Source of the DNA: the human T2T-CHM13v2.0 reference genome, Homo sapiens
Assembly: GCF_009914755.1 (NCBI RefSeq)
Contig: NC_060938.1
Length of the DNA: 64,000 bases
Reading direction: 5' to 3' (one strand)
Shown here piece by piece: positions 37,665-50,379 of the stretch (position 1 is the stretch's first letter; each line of letters opens with the position of its first letter). The notes beneath the pieces are model-generated. The model saw only the letters and a program-made list of their open reading frames with translations. It had not been told where the DNA came from and made no database searches. The translations under genes were made by a program, and so were the position numbers.

Positions 37665-38650
37665 CAGCAGCTCTTTCTTGGTTTATTTTCCAGGCCTCTA
37701 CCTCTTCTAGCAGCTCTTAAATAGAGGAGTTCCACAAGGTTTGAGTAGAGGCTTTTTCCCCGCTTTATCTCTCTACCTGGGCAGGAAAGTCCATGCCCTC
37801 CAATGCTTTAGTTACTAACAAAATCCCCTAATATTCCTCTTCTGCCCAGAGCATTTCTCTGAGCTCTGAAATGCTACATACAACTGCTTAACACCTCATG
37901 GATGGCACACAGGCATCTCATACTCGACAGGCACAAACAACTCATGATCTTTGACCCCTTGCCTCAGACTGGACCACCTTTCAACATTTCATTCCCAAGA
38001 ATGACAGACAGAAACCAGGGAGCTCTAAACCACTCTCGACCCCATCAATTATACCTTTTTAATTTTTCTCATATTCATCTGTTCGTCTCCATTTCCACTA
38101 CTGACTCCTTGGTCTAATATATATCACAATAGGATCACAGGAGTGAGTTCCCCTTACCTTTGCCATATTCTATTGGTTAGAAGTCAGTCATGGGTCCTGC
38201 TCACACTGAAGGAGATTATTCAGACAAAACCAGGGAGCCAACCAAGATCATGGCACCATCTTAGAACTTAGCAACTGATTTTATTTTGTTTTTGGGATTA
38301 CAGAGTAGCTTGTGTTCAAGGGATCTATGCTAAAGTTTTAACAGATCTGAACTCCAACTTCCTCAGAGAGCCCTCATCAATCCAAGAATTGAATCTAATT
38401 TTATTCTTCAGGCTTACATAACACCGTGTACTTCTTTATAGCATTTATTACAATTTCAGTTTAAAAAATAGTTAAATGACTAGATGCTTATAGTATTAGA
38501 TTATTAGATTATTATATACAACAGATTAAGAAAAAAAAAATATATATATATATATCTTCCCCACTTGTCAGTCCTATGGAGAGGCTGTTTTGTTTGGCAT
38601 AGCACCAGGCCTGAAACATTGTGGAAGCTCAAAACTGTTTTTTAAATAAA
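37665..38650 (+). mobile_element. Fragmented L2, with a probable MLT1 fragment (about 38130-38268) and a short templated insert inside
   Basis: cttaaatagaggagttccacaagg, ctctgagctctgaaatgctacatacaactgc, ggatggcacacaggcatctca, and 3' end aggcctgaaacattgtggaagctcaaaa. Confidence 0.6.
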
Positions 38651-39377
38651 CAGAAGAGCCATGGAAGCTATATTTTGTTACTCTGTCTACCCTCACCCAG
38701 AGATCAGACACATCTCACTTCTGGGCTACTTACTTAATGGATTGCTTCCCACCTCCACTGCCAGAATACTGGCCACAATGGGCCAGTGGAAGTTAGGCAA
38801 AAAACAAAAACAAGACGCTAACCTTGACTCCATTATCATGCAAACAGGCAAATCATGGTTTTTCAAGGTCCTAACCACAATAAGCATTCCAAATTGACAA
38901 TAGATGTTAGAGGGAGTCAGGGATAGAGTTGTAACCTAGAACCACCAATAAAAGTTACAGCGACTTATTTATTTTTACCTTGTTTTCTGGGATTGCAGAT
39001 TAGCTTATGTTCAAGGGATCTATGCTAAAGCATTGACAGATAAGTTGATATGACTGTGTCTCATATGGGAATTAGGGGCAGATTTATGTTTCAGCAATTT
39101 TAGAGAACAAACATTTGCTTGGTTACCTGTGAGGTGCCTGGATGGATTTTCACTTTTTTGAAAATAGTGTGTTCCTTTTGGTAGCCTAATCATGGCCACC
39201 ATTCCTAATCATGGAATCTTCCTAACCTGCTTCTGAAGGTGGTCACCACCATCGCCTCTAACAGTATGCCTGTGAATTACGGAGCACTTCATTAGTACCA
39301 GGCCTGCACCAAACACTATGTATGTTATCTCCCTTACTGATTACAATCCCTGTAAGTATCTAGTGCTTACCCTATCA

Positions 39378-39560
39378 CATTGGTTTTCGAACTTCAATAA
39401 GCATCAGAATTACCTGGAGGGCTGCTGAAACACTTCTGGGTCCCACCCCCAGAGTTTCTGATTCAGTAAGTCTGGTGTGGGGCCTGAGAATGTGCATTTA
39501 ACAATTTCCCAGGTGATAGAGATGCTTCTGTTACTGGCAACCACATGTTAAGAGCTACTA
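39378..39560 (+). mobile_element. MER5A inserted in a reverse MIR (about 39275-39680)
   Basis: gcatcagaattacctggagggct...cccaccccagagtttctgattcagtaagtctggtgtggggcctgagaatgtgcattt; MIR motifs on both flanks. Confidence 0.85.
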
Positions 39561-40953
39561 CTATATATGGTATATATTATCATTATTTTACTGATTTAAA
39601 AAACTGTGGTTAGAGAGATTAAGATCACATGGCCAGCAAGTTATGCAGCCAGAATCAAATCCAGGTTGGCCAACTCGAGATTACTAGGTAATACCACCAG
39701 CACAAAAAAAATCTTGTAAGCTCATAAGCAATGGCACAGAAATATGCCCATTGGAATAAATCAATTTTCAGGTAACTCCAAGCATTCTTGATCACTGTGG
39801 TTTAAGTAACCATTCATATAGCCACATTTTAAATGATCATTAAGTTTCAGTATATTAAAATCTGGAACAAAGTTGTTCATTAAGATGACAGTTTGAAAAT
39901 CTTGATCAAGAAAGAGAAATCCAAAAGGAATTTGAACAGGCTGACTCCAGAAGAAAATCTCCTGCTCATTTCTTTAGAAGATGAAAATGTATTGGTGAAG
40001 ATCAAAGGTCTGAGCAATCCTTTTCTTGCTGAGTGAGAACTATCTGGTGAGCAGAGAGGAAAACCCAGATCTACATCTGGTAACTTGAAGGTTTGAAGTG
40101 ATAGAAACTGGACGTCGGAGGTAAACTTAAAAGTCTGGCTTAAATATAACTTGGCCTGTTCTATGTTGAGTGACTAGAAAGGGAATCGCTTTCTCATTCC
40201 CATCTCCATTGCACTCTTCTGGACTTCATCCCTGATTCTGGCATTATCCCAATGGCTTCTGGCTGGTTTTCCAGCCCCAGGCTTTCCTCACTCATGATGA
40301 CCAAAAACAGTAGCAATTTTATCCTTTTTCAAACAGTGTTTCTTATGATTCTTCCTAATTTATGAACTTACAGAGGCACATTCAAGACTCATCAAGATAG
40401 AGTCCTTTTTCTTTGTCCCTCATCTCACCACCCTCACTTTTCATTATTCCTCAATGAAACTTTTGCTCCTCTCAGTAAGCAAATCTGCTCTTCCAAAGCC
40501 TTAAATGTTTTACTTCTGCCTCTTTATTTCCTTTCTGCTCAATTACTATAATTATCTACTTTTTAAAAGTTTGATAATTATAGTTTTTATTTTGAATGGT
40601 AGAATATCACAGCTGGTTTTAACCAACCTATGAGTTACATGTATACCACAACCAATTCCAAGTAGAGTTCTGCTCCATAGCTTCTGTTTTTAAGTTTTGT
40701 AAGATCATTGTTTTTACCATGACGCTGGGCTCCACCAAAATTTCTAGTTTTATCACAATAAAAATAGCTACTTTCAATATTGAATATTTTAACTGAATTT
40801 AAAATAGCATTCACAAAATGTCAGATGTTTCAACTATGCCAGAATAGGCTATATTTTTATTTCATGAATTGTTGAAAAGTAGTATTTTTATAATTAAGCG
40901 ATTTTCAATTTGAAGCTGAAGCCTGCTATAAAACTTGTATCACTTAACCATTT

Positions 40954-41131
40954 TATCAGGGAAGGTAGCTCTCTTCAACCAAGCACAGAGCTTTGGGAAG
41001 GATGTACATGGGGCAGTGAGGGAGGAAGGGTACACCCGCATAGCTAGCCAGGTTGGCAGCCACATCAACCTTTGTGATCAATATGGTGACAGATGTTGCA
41101 GATAGTTAAGTGGTGGATGTGAGGGCGATCT
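40954..41131 (-). pseudogene. RN7SKP: 7SK snRNA retropseudogene, 3'-truncated (about nt 1-164), with nt 1-17 inverted
   Basis: The reverse complement of 40954-41101 reads ctgcaacatctgtcaccatattgatcacaaaggttgatgtggctg...gcgggtgtacccttcctccctcactgccccatgt...gcttggttgaagag...ccctgata, i.e. 7SK nt ~20-164. The 7SK 5' end GGATGTGAGGGCGATCT lies on the + strand at 41115-41131. Pseudogene number unknown. Confidence 0.93.
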
Positions 41132-41132
41132 A

Positions 41133-42380
41133 TTTTTTTGTTGTTATACTTTAGGTTCCGGGATACACATGCAGAATGTGCAGGTTACATAGGTATACAT
41201 GTGCCATGGTGGTTTGCTGTACCCATCAACCTGTCATCTACATTAGGTATTTCTCCTAATGCTATCCCTCCCGCTAGCCCCCACCCCTGACATAACAAGC
41301 CCCAGTGTGTGATGCTCCCCACTTCCTCTCTCCATGTGTTCTCATTGTTCAATTCCCACTTATGAGTGAGGACATGTGGTGTTTGGTTTTCTGATCCTGT
41401 GTTAGTTTGCTGAGAATAATGGTTTCTAGCTTCATCCATGTCCCTGCAAAGGACATGAACTCATCCTTTTTTATGGCTGCACGGTATTCCATGGTGTATA
41501 TGTGCCACATTTTCTTTATCCAGTCTATCATTGATGGGCATTTGGGTTGGTTCCAAGTCTTTGCTATTGTGAAAGGTGCTGCAATAAACATACATGTGCA
41601 TGTGTCTTTATCGTAGAATGATCTATAATCATTTGGGTATATACCCAGTAATGGGATTGCTGGGCCAAATGGTATTTCTGGTTCTAGCTCCTTGAGGAAT
41701 CACTACACTGTCTTCCACAATGGTTAAACTAATGTACACTCCCACCAACAGTGTAAAAGCTTTCCTGTTTCTCCACATCCTCGCCAGCATCTGTTTCCTG
41801 ACTTTTTAATGATCACCATTCTAACTGGCATGAGATGGTATTTCATTGTGGTTTTGATTTATATTTCTCTAATGACCAGTGATGATGAGCTTTTTTTCAT
41901 ATGTTTGTTGGCCATACAAATGTCTTCTTTCGAGAAGTGCCTGTTCATATCCTTGACCCACTTTTTGATGGGGTTGTTTTTTCTTGTAAATTTCAGTTCC
42001 TTGTAGATTCTGGATATTAGGCCTTTGTCAGATGGATAGACTGGAAAACTTTTCTCCCATTCTGTAGGTTGCCTGTTCACTCTGACGATAGTTTCTTTTG
42101 CTGTGCAGAAGCTCTTTCTTTTAATTAGATCCCATTTGTTATTTTTGGCTTTTGTTGCCATTGCTTTTGGTGTTTCAGTTGTGAAGTCTTTGCCCATGCC
42201 TATGTCCTGAATGGTATTGCCTAGGTTTTCTTCTAGGGTTTCTATGGTTTTAGGTCTTATGTTTAAGTCTTTAATCCATCTTGAGTTAGTTTTTCTATAA
42301 GGTGTAAAGAAGGGGTCCAGTTTCAGTTTTCTGCATATAGATAGCCAGTTTTCCCAACACCATTTATTAAATAGGGAATC
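41133..42380 (-). mobile_element. 5'-truncated L1PA7/8-like element
   Basis: Minus-strand ORF2 C-terminal peptides ([31 protein letters not shown]), L1PA 3'UTR and T-rich tail at 41133. Confidence 0.93.
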
Positions 42381-43615
42381 TTTTGCCTTTCAAGCCCAAT
42401 TCAAAACCTCCTTTCCCTAGGCAATCTTTCATTATAGACTTCATCTAAATGTGGTATTGCTCCTTGGCCTTTCTGGGTCAAGTTGGTACTAAATTAGTTT
42501 ATATATTGAGAAGTTGTTCTGTGTAAGTATTCTTCAGCTGTTCAATTATTTTCTAACTCCTCTCCAAAAGGACTAGAAGCTCTTTGAGAGCAGATATTAT
42601 CTTTGTTCCTTTTGTTAAGTGCCCAGTGGGACCTCATTTATTCCTTCATTTTTTTTTCTCACTTGCATTCAGCACTTTCCATGTGCCAGGCAGTGAGCTT
42701 GCCCTGGTGCTGTAAGTAGAAGTTTGGTTGCTTTCATAAGCCCTGCCCTGCACAGGGGCCTTCTAAATCCAGAGCTTTGTACTTGGACTTTGATAGTTGT
42801 GAGTGCCTTCCATTTACTCACTGGAGAAGTCTGAAATACAGGACAGGTAAAAAGACAGGAGGAGCTTGCTGGGAAGTGGAAGTATTTTTGTGGTGGGGGA
42901 GCTGGGTTGGAGAGGGACAGCAGGTTAAGGAGAAGCTTGTTGAGAAAGCAGAATTGAACTCTGTAACATTGCCCAGCAGGGATCCTTTTGCCGAATAGTA
43001 AATGAAAGAAAGACTTCATTTCCAACAGTTTTGCCTAAGGTAGAGCAGAACTGTTGTATTTTCAATAGGCAGAGGCTATATGAGTAATTGAAATCAAGGA
43101 GAGTGGCTTTCTGAATTCACCCAACATGGAAGTTTGATGACTTTGAGTAGCATCTTTGTTCCTGAGCCTCTTTCATCTATAAAAAGTAGATGTTAGAATT
43201 GGCACATTAATTAACCAGCTGACCTACTCAGAAATTGAAAGTTCTTTGAACAATGATAACATTCCTGTACAGACACTGACACTGTCTATGCATGTCTGTA
43301 TATAGGACAGTGTCTACATAGAATGGTTATAAAGGCAAACAATTCAAAGCTGAGTTAGAAATTGGTTATATACATGGAGAACTGGTATATGTGTTAAAGC
43401 TAAGATATAGAAAATAGGGGTGTAACAGAATTCTACATTTTTGCTCATTCTGAACAATTTTTCCTGCAACCATAATGGTTAACCATCCCAGTATGATGGT
43501 ACTGGGCGGTTTCAGCTCCTTCATTTATCTGTCCTGCTCTTTGGCTAGAATAGCCAGGTGGCTCTATCCTTCTGAGAGCAGCAAGAAGGATCAGAGTTCC
43601 TGTGCTTTCTTCGAC

Positions 43616-43617
<2 letters not shown>

Positions 43618-43658
<41 letters not shown>

Positions 43659-43665
43659 TGTGTGT
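43618..43665. repeat. (TG)n microsatellite, about 24 units with one interruption
   Basis: Read directly from the sequence. Confidence 0.97.
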
Positions 43666-43674
43666 TGCCTCTTG

Positions 43675-43797
43675 TTCTTAAGAGACAAGGTCTCGTTATG
43701 TTATCCAGACTGGACTAGAACTCCTGAGCTTATGCGATGCTCCTGCCTCAGCCTTCTGAATAGCTGGGACTACAGAGGTGTGCCTCCGTGGCCGGCC
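43675..43797 (-). mobile_element. Alu monomer (FLAM-like)
   Basis: agagacaaggtctcgttatgttatccagactgg...tcctgcctcagccttctgaatagctgggactacag...gccggcc. Confidence 0.8.
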
Positions 43798-44336
43798 AAC
43801 TTGGTTATTTTGTCCTGTATGAGGGGGGCAAACACAAAGCTCATTGGAGGATGTCTTAGGAGTTAGAGTCAAGCAGTCCTCAGCGCTCAAGGGCTAAAAG
43901 TCAGCTACCAGAAGATAACTTTATAAGGAGAGAACTAGGGAATCTGTCTGAAATGTTCTCTCAGCATTCATCATTTTCCTTTCTCCACTACCTAGTTGAC
44001 CTTCTTCCCCTTTGTTTCATTAGTCCGAAACCATTCCAAAACATGCGCTTGTATCTATGCATGTCTCCTCCTCTCATTCCATTTCAGCTAGAAGAGCTTT
44101 CTCAACAATACTGCTTCCCTTTCCTAGGACTCTTTGTAGAACTCAACTGACAGGCAGTTCCCCTTCAGTAGTCCTCTCTCCCTCTTCTAAGACTGAGGGA
44201 AGAAGACAGAAAATCCAGTGGGAGGGGCCACCCCAGGAAGTAATGGGCTGAGGGATGTGGAGAGCCTGACTTTCCCCCACATAGCCCCAAGCAATGAGGA
44301 AGGTAACTACAAGGCCCCCCAAACAACCTACACTGC

Positions 44337-44940
44337 AAAGTCAAATACAGAGATAGAGAATAAAACAATGGTTACCAGGGGCAGAGTGGTGGGGAAGAAA
44401 TGGGGAGATATAAGTCAAAGGATCCAAAGTAGCAGATCTAATGTACAACATGAGGACTCTAGCTAGTGGTATTGTATTCAAAATTCCTGCCAAATGAAGA
44501 TTGTACTTGCTGTTGCCACACAAACAAATAGGTAACTGTGTGAGATGATAGATATGCTGATTTGTTTCACTATAGTAACCATTTTACTATCTATACGTAT
44601 CTCATAACATTATGTTGTACACCTTAAATCATGTACACTTTTTTTTTTTTTGAGGCAGAGTCTCATTCCATCACCCAGGCTGGAGTGCAGCGGCGTGATC
44701 TTGGCAACCTCCACCTCCCAGGCTCAAGAAATCCTCCCACCTCAGCCTCCCAATAGCTGGATCTACAGGCGTACACCACCACAATCAGCTGTATTTTTTG
44801 TAGAGACTGGGTTTCGCCATGTTGCCCAGGGTGGTCATGAACTTGTGAGCTCAAGTGATCTGCCCGCCTCAGCCTCCCAAAGTGCTGGGATTACAGGCAT
44901 GAGCCACCGCCCCTGGCCTAATAAAATTTATTTTTAAAAA
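44337..44940 (+). mobile_element. L1MA5/6-like 3'UTR, interrupted at its end by an Alu
   Basis: aaagtcaaatacagagatagagaataaaacaatggttaccagggg...taactgtgtgagatgatagatatg...tgttgtacaccttaaat; taataaaatttattttt resumes after the Alu. Confidence 0.75.
44639..44918 (-). mobile_element. AluJ
   Basis: Poly-T, tgaggcagagtctc...caggctcaagaaatcctcccacctcagcc...gagccaccgcccctggcc. Confidence 0.92.
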
Positions 44941-45229
44941 AGGACCTATGGCGAATCATTTTTACAAATAAAATCTATAGTCAAGGTGCAGTATGGGAAC
45001 AGCATTTTACTGAGTAATCTTGCAAAGAATATGTCATTAACCACTACACTAATCTTGTTCTTGATGTACACCAGCAACAAATACAAAGAAAAATTTAGTC
45101 TCTTACTTTAACAGGTTCCAAGTATGCCACATCGTATTTTTTGCCAAATAATTTATTAGTAAGAGGAGATGACTCTAGTAAGTTATAGAAGTTATATTGA
45201 ATTTTTAAAAAAAATTTTTCAAAACTATT

Positions 45230-45650
45230 CTGTGGGGATTGAGGACAGATGAACTACAAAGGAACATGATGGAACTTTCTGGGGTGAGCATAATGTTCTA
45301 TATGATGATAGGGGCTTGGGTTACATAAGTGAGCATTTATGAAAACTGTACACTTTTTGTGCATTTCATTGTGTATAAAGTTTACTTCAAAAAAAACATT
45401 GAACTCCAATTAATTACATGCATGCTGAACTATTTAGAGTGAAGTATACTGATGCCTGTTGTTTACTTTGAAGTATTTCAAAACAGTAAAATGGATAGAG
45501 GAATGTGTAATAAATTGGTACACGATAAGGAAAATATAGTCAATTATGTTAATAGTAAAATCTAGATGGTGAGTAAACTGGTGTCCATTGTAAAATTCTT
45601 TAAACTTTGCTCTATGTTTGAAAATTTTAAGAATAAGATGTTAGTAAAAA
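45230..45650 (+). mobile_element. L1MC4/L1ME-type 3'UTR fragment
   Basis: aaaggaacatgatggaactttctggggtga...aatgttctatatgatgatagggg...gtaaaatctagatggtgag...ttgaaaatttt. Confidence 0.7.
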
Positions 45651-45662
45651 ATAATTGTTGTG

Positions 45663-46366
45663 CTATTAGAAAATCAAAAAATAACAAATGCTGGTGAGGC
45701 TGTGGAGAAAAAGGAACGCTTATACAGTGTTAGTGGGAGTGTAAATCAGTTCAACCATTGTGGAAGACAGTGTGGCGATTCCTCAAAGCCCTAAAGACAG
45801 AAATACCATTTGACCCCGCAATTCCATTACTGGGTATATACCCAAAGGATTATAAATCATCCTGTTACAAAGACACATGCACACGTTATGTTCATTGCAA
45901 TATTATTCATAATAGCAAAGACATGGAATGAACCTGAATGCCTATCAATGGGGGCTGGATAAAGAAAATGTGGTACATATACACCATGGAATACTACGCA
46001 TTCAAAAAGAAAAAAAATCATGTCCTTTGCAGGAACATGGATGGATTTGGAGGCCACTGTCCTCAGCAAACTACCGCAGGAACAGAAAATCAAACATTGC
46101 ATGTTCTCACAAGTGGGAGCTGAACAATGAGAACACATGGACACAGGGAGGGGCACTACACACACTGGGGCCTGTGGGGAGGGGGAGTGAGGGGAGGGAG
46201 CGCATTAGGACAAACAACTAGTGAGTACCAGGCATAATTATGGATAATAAATTATGAATAATGATAAAATTATAGGTGATAAAAGAATCTGTACAACAAA
46301 CCCCCATGGCACAATTTTACCTATGTAAGAAACCTGGACATGTACCCCTGAACTTAAAAGTTAAAA
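45663..46366 (+). mobile_element. 5'-truncated L1PA13-like element
   Basis: ORF2 end and 3'UTR: atgctggtgaggctgtggagaaaaaggaacgc...aatctgtacaacaaacccccatgg...acatgtacccctgaacttaaaagttaaaa. Confidence 0.88.
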
Positions 46367-46380
46367 TAATAGTAATTGTT

Positions 46381-46631
46381 GGCCAGGCACAGTAGCTCAT
46401 GCCTGTAATTCCAGCACTTTGGGAGGCCGAGGCGGGTGGATCACGAGGTCAGGAGATCGAGACCATCCTGGCTAACACAGTGAAACCCCGTCCCTACTTA
46501 AAAAAAAAAAAAAAAATACAAAAAATCAGCCGGGTGTGGTGGCTGGCACCTGTAGTCCCAGCTACTCGGGAGGCTGAGGCAGGAGAATGGCATGAACCCA
46601 AGGGGCGGACTCCGTCTCAAAAAATAATAAT
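46381..46631 (+). mobile_element. AluY-like with an internal deletion in the right arm
   Basis: Y diagnostics ggatcacgaggtcaggagatcgagaccatcctggctaacac and ggagaatggc; TSD aataatagtaattgtt on both sides. Confidence 0.9.
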
Positions 46632-48671
46632 AATAATAGTAATTGTTAAAATAATTTTATGTCATTCAGTCAACTAGTATCATTTTGTAATATCTCAACG
46701 CTTCTGGCTACTGACCAAAACCAACATTATGCAGCTCATGATAGTTTTTAATGTTTAAGAAGCATCACCTGGCTTTGTGTAGCCTCTGTATAGAGGAATT
46801 CTTTATGGAAATGACACCTTTCTTCCATTGTACACACATTGGTAGAGAATGCCAGTTTTGAGGTGGAGGAAAGCAACATTTAACTTCTTCTACGGGACTG
46901 ACATACATTTTCTAATCACTACCATGTTGCTTTCATCTGTTTAAGGTGTTATTTTCTTCTATGTAATATGAAAAATTATCAAGGAGGTGACATTTGAACT
47001 GGGCCTTGAAGGATAAGTAGAAGTTCACCAAGCATCAAAACAAGGAAAGAAAAATGTCCAGTTTCAGTTATCTCTCTCTCATCATACCTAGCAGAGTAAA
47101 TGCTAGATAAATATTTAGTCCAAGTTGCAAAAGCTGAAAGGTCAAGTTCCTAAACAAACTGTAAAAGAACCAACCTGATTTGAGGTAAACTGTCATTTTA
47201 CTAGGTGATAACATTTCAGTGAAAGGTATTCTGAGACAGTGAAAAACTTGCAGGTCTTGCCAAGATTTGCAACCCTTCTGGGAGAAAAGAGACCCTGTGC
47301 CAGGAAGCCAAATATTGTGGTTTGCTTGATTTTCTTAAAATAAATATTTCTAGACTTAATCCATCCAAATAAATTAAGACAGTATCCCTGGGAGACCTCA
47401 AGTGCTACAATTCTTAGCAAACTTTTGGAAGCCCCTTCTTGGAATGGTGTTCAATGCCTACAACACTTCCCTTTGAATATCTTCAGAGTAGATAGATTTG
47501 ATTTCTGAAACAAGAAATTCATGCAGAGGCCTGCCTTGAGTTGGACTAGTTTTGGAAGAGAGTACAGCTGTAAACTCACCGTGATTTTCTTAATATAAAT
47601 TTATTCTTAAAACTGTAAGAGAAGAATTTCAAAAATATCTTTAGTATCATGAGAATACATGTATAACCTCCTGAGGTGACTACTTTGAAGGACAAAGCTT
47701 ACATGAAAATACAGTCACGCCTAGAAGCATAAGCACACCTGCCCACTGGCCAAGTTGGGCTTAGAAGCAGGTAACTCATGCTTACCACCCCCCACTTTGT
47801 CTTTTGAAAAGCACTGGCCTCTGAGGCAGTTTGCAATGGGTTCCATGCCCTCCTCGGTGCCCGTTTCTACAAAAGCAGTTCATGAGATGTGGCTATTTCA
47901 CATAGGACCCTGCAGAAAAGCACAGAGGGGAGGCAAGCTATGCCCTGTGAGGACATTAGAAATGGCCCAGAATCTAGCAAGAGAAAAAGCAACCATTCAC
48001 TCTGTGGCCCTGGGATTCACCCAGATCCAGCTGCCGCAGAAGAGAGGGGAGGTGCCAGTCCTCAGATGGCAAAAGATAAACGTGGAAAACGGAAACAGCC
48101 TGAATCATGCGTGCTAAACCGTATCCTCAAGTAGTGGCAAGACTGTGTTGTGTAGGGAGGTTGGAAAGCAAAACGTGGTGTGGGATGAGTCACGGCCAGC
48201 ACATTGAAACTATAAGAGGGTGTGAGGGACAGTGTGGGTGGAAGAGGCAGAACTCATGATTTGTGGGTAATAAGTTGGGTAATGAAATAATAGGAGGAAC
48301 TCATGGGCCTTGAGCCTTTGTGAATTCTCTCCTGCTATCTAAGACACTCCATTATTATGAAATAACATTTTTCAGGGTCTAATTGCCTTGTGTTTTGGCA
48401 CTTATGTTTCTTCTGACTTTTGGTTTACCCAGATTCTCCTTCCCGTCTGGCTCCCCAGACAGTGATTTACTTAATGCTTTGCATTTTAAGTGACATCATC
48501 TGTTTTCCAGACAAATACCGTGGCAGCCTACACAGCTTGAAGCACCACCACCATCTTGTGTTTATCACCATATCCTCTTATAACTAAACATTTACAAAAG
48601 ACATTCTCATGCCTTTTTTCTGGGGGGTTGGGTTGGCGGGGCGGTGGGGGGGGCGCGGGGAGACAGGGTCA

Positions 48672-49012
<341 letters not shown>

Positions 49013-49554
49013 CAGAACCAACCAGCCTACCCACCCACCCACCCAGAATTTTAGTGGATGAACTCCAGAATAACTTGTCTATCCCTGTTACCTTGTCCTG
49101 GGGAATTCTCTTCCTCATTTGTTCTTCCTCTTTGAGAATATTGTTCCTTGCACACAGGCTGGCCCTCAGTAAGTACTCAAATATGTCATGAATGAATAAA
49201 TAAAGGAATCATCTGTTGATAACACAAATCTTTTCAAGATGGTTTAACTTCTATGCTTCCTGGAGGCAAGGAGATAGATGACTTTCTAAAATCCCTTTAG
49301 TTGCTAGGCCTTGAACATTTAAAGACCAGCATTCGAAGGACTTTCCAAAAAGTGACACTGTATTCCACTGTCAGCATTGTGGGGAGTGAGTTGAGGGAAG
49401 AAGATAGTGTGTGGGTGGGCGTGTGTGCTCACGTGTGTGTCCCACCACATATACATACACACATCTCTCCAACCATTCCTCATATCACTAAGATATTTGA
49501 CATACATTTATAATCAAGATAGACATGGCTTTAGAGCATGCATGTTTCATGAAG

Positions 49555-49592
49555 AATTGACTGCTTTGTCATAATTGACTGCTTTGTCATAA
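49555..49592. repeat. Perfect 18-bp tandem duplication aattgactgctttgtcat x2
   Basis: Read directly from the sequence. Confidence 0.95.
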
Positions 49593-49950
49593 GCAACTCA
49601 TGGACAAGCTAAAGTCATGGATTATTTAATGCTGGAAGTAGGGTAATCTCAAGTAGGGACTCAAGTTACAGATAACAAAAGACAGATCTAGAAGAGTGAA
49701 ATGAGCTCCCAAATCTACACAGAAAGCCAGTGGCAGAAGAGAAACTTGACTCCTGGGTTCCTGTGTCTCAGTCTAGAGATCTTTGAGCAGCTCATCCATT
49801 TTAGGGGACTGTCCCAGAGCAGTCTTGGGAAGTTCTCACAAAGAAGCAAAAACATTATGGACTGTTTTCTTTTCACATAAGAGGGCTTAGTGACTGACAG
49901 GGTTGGGGAAAAAATAAAAAGATAAAAAGATAATTATGAAAAATGTTCTT

Positions 49951-50379
<429 letters not shown>

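Noticed and set aside
39835-40036. Purine-rich open stretch that looks exon-like (DSLKILIKKEKSKRNL... / QFENLDQEREIQKEFEQ...)
   Set aside because: No recognisable protein and no convincing splice-site pair; it may be a decayed CR1/L3 RT remnant.
22137-48192. Scattered AP-1 TGAGTCA/TGACTCA heptamers
   Set aside because: Isolated occurrences at roughly chance frequency for this length; no support without chromatin data.
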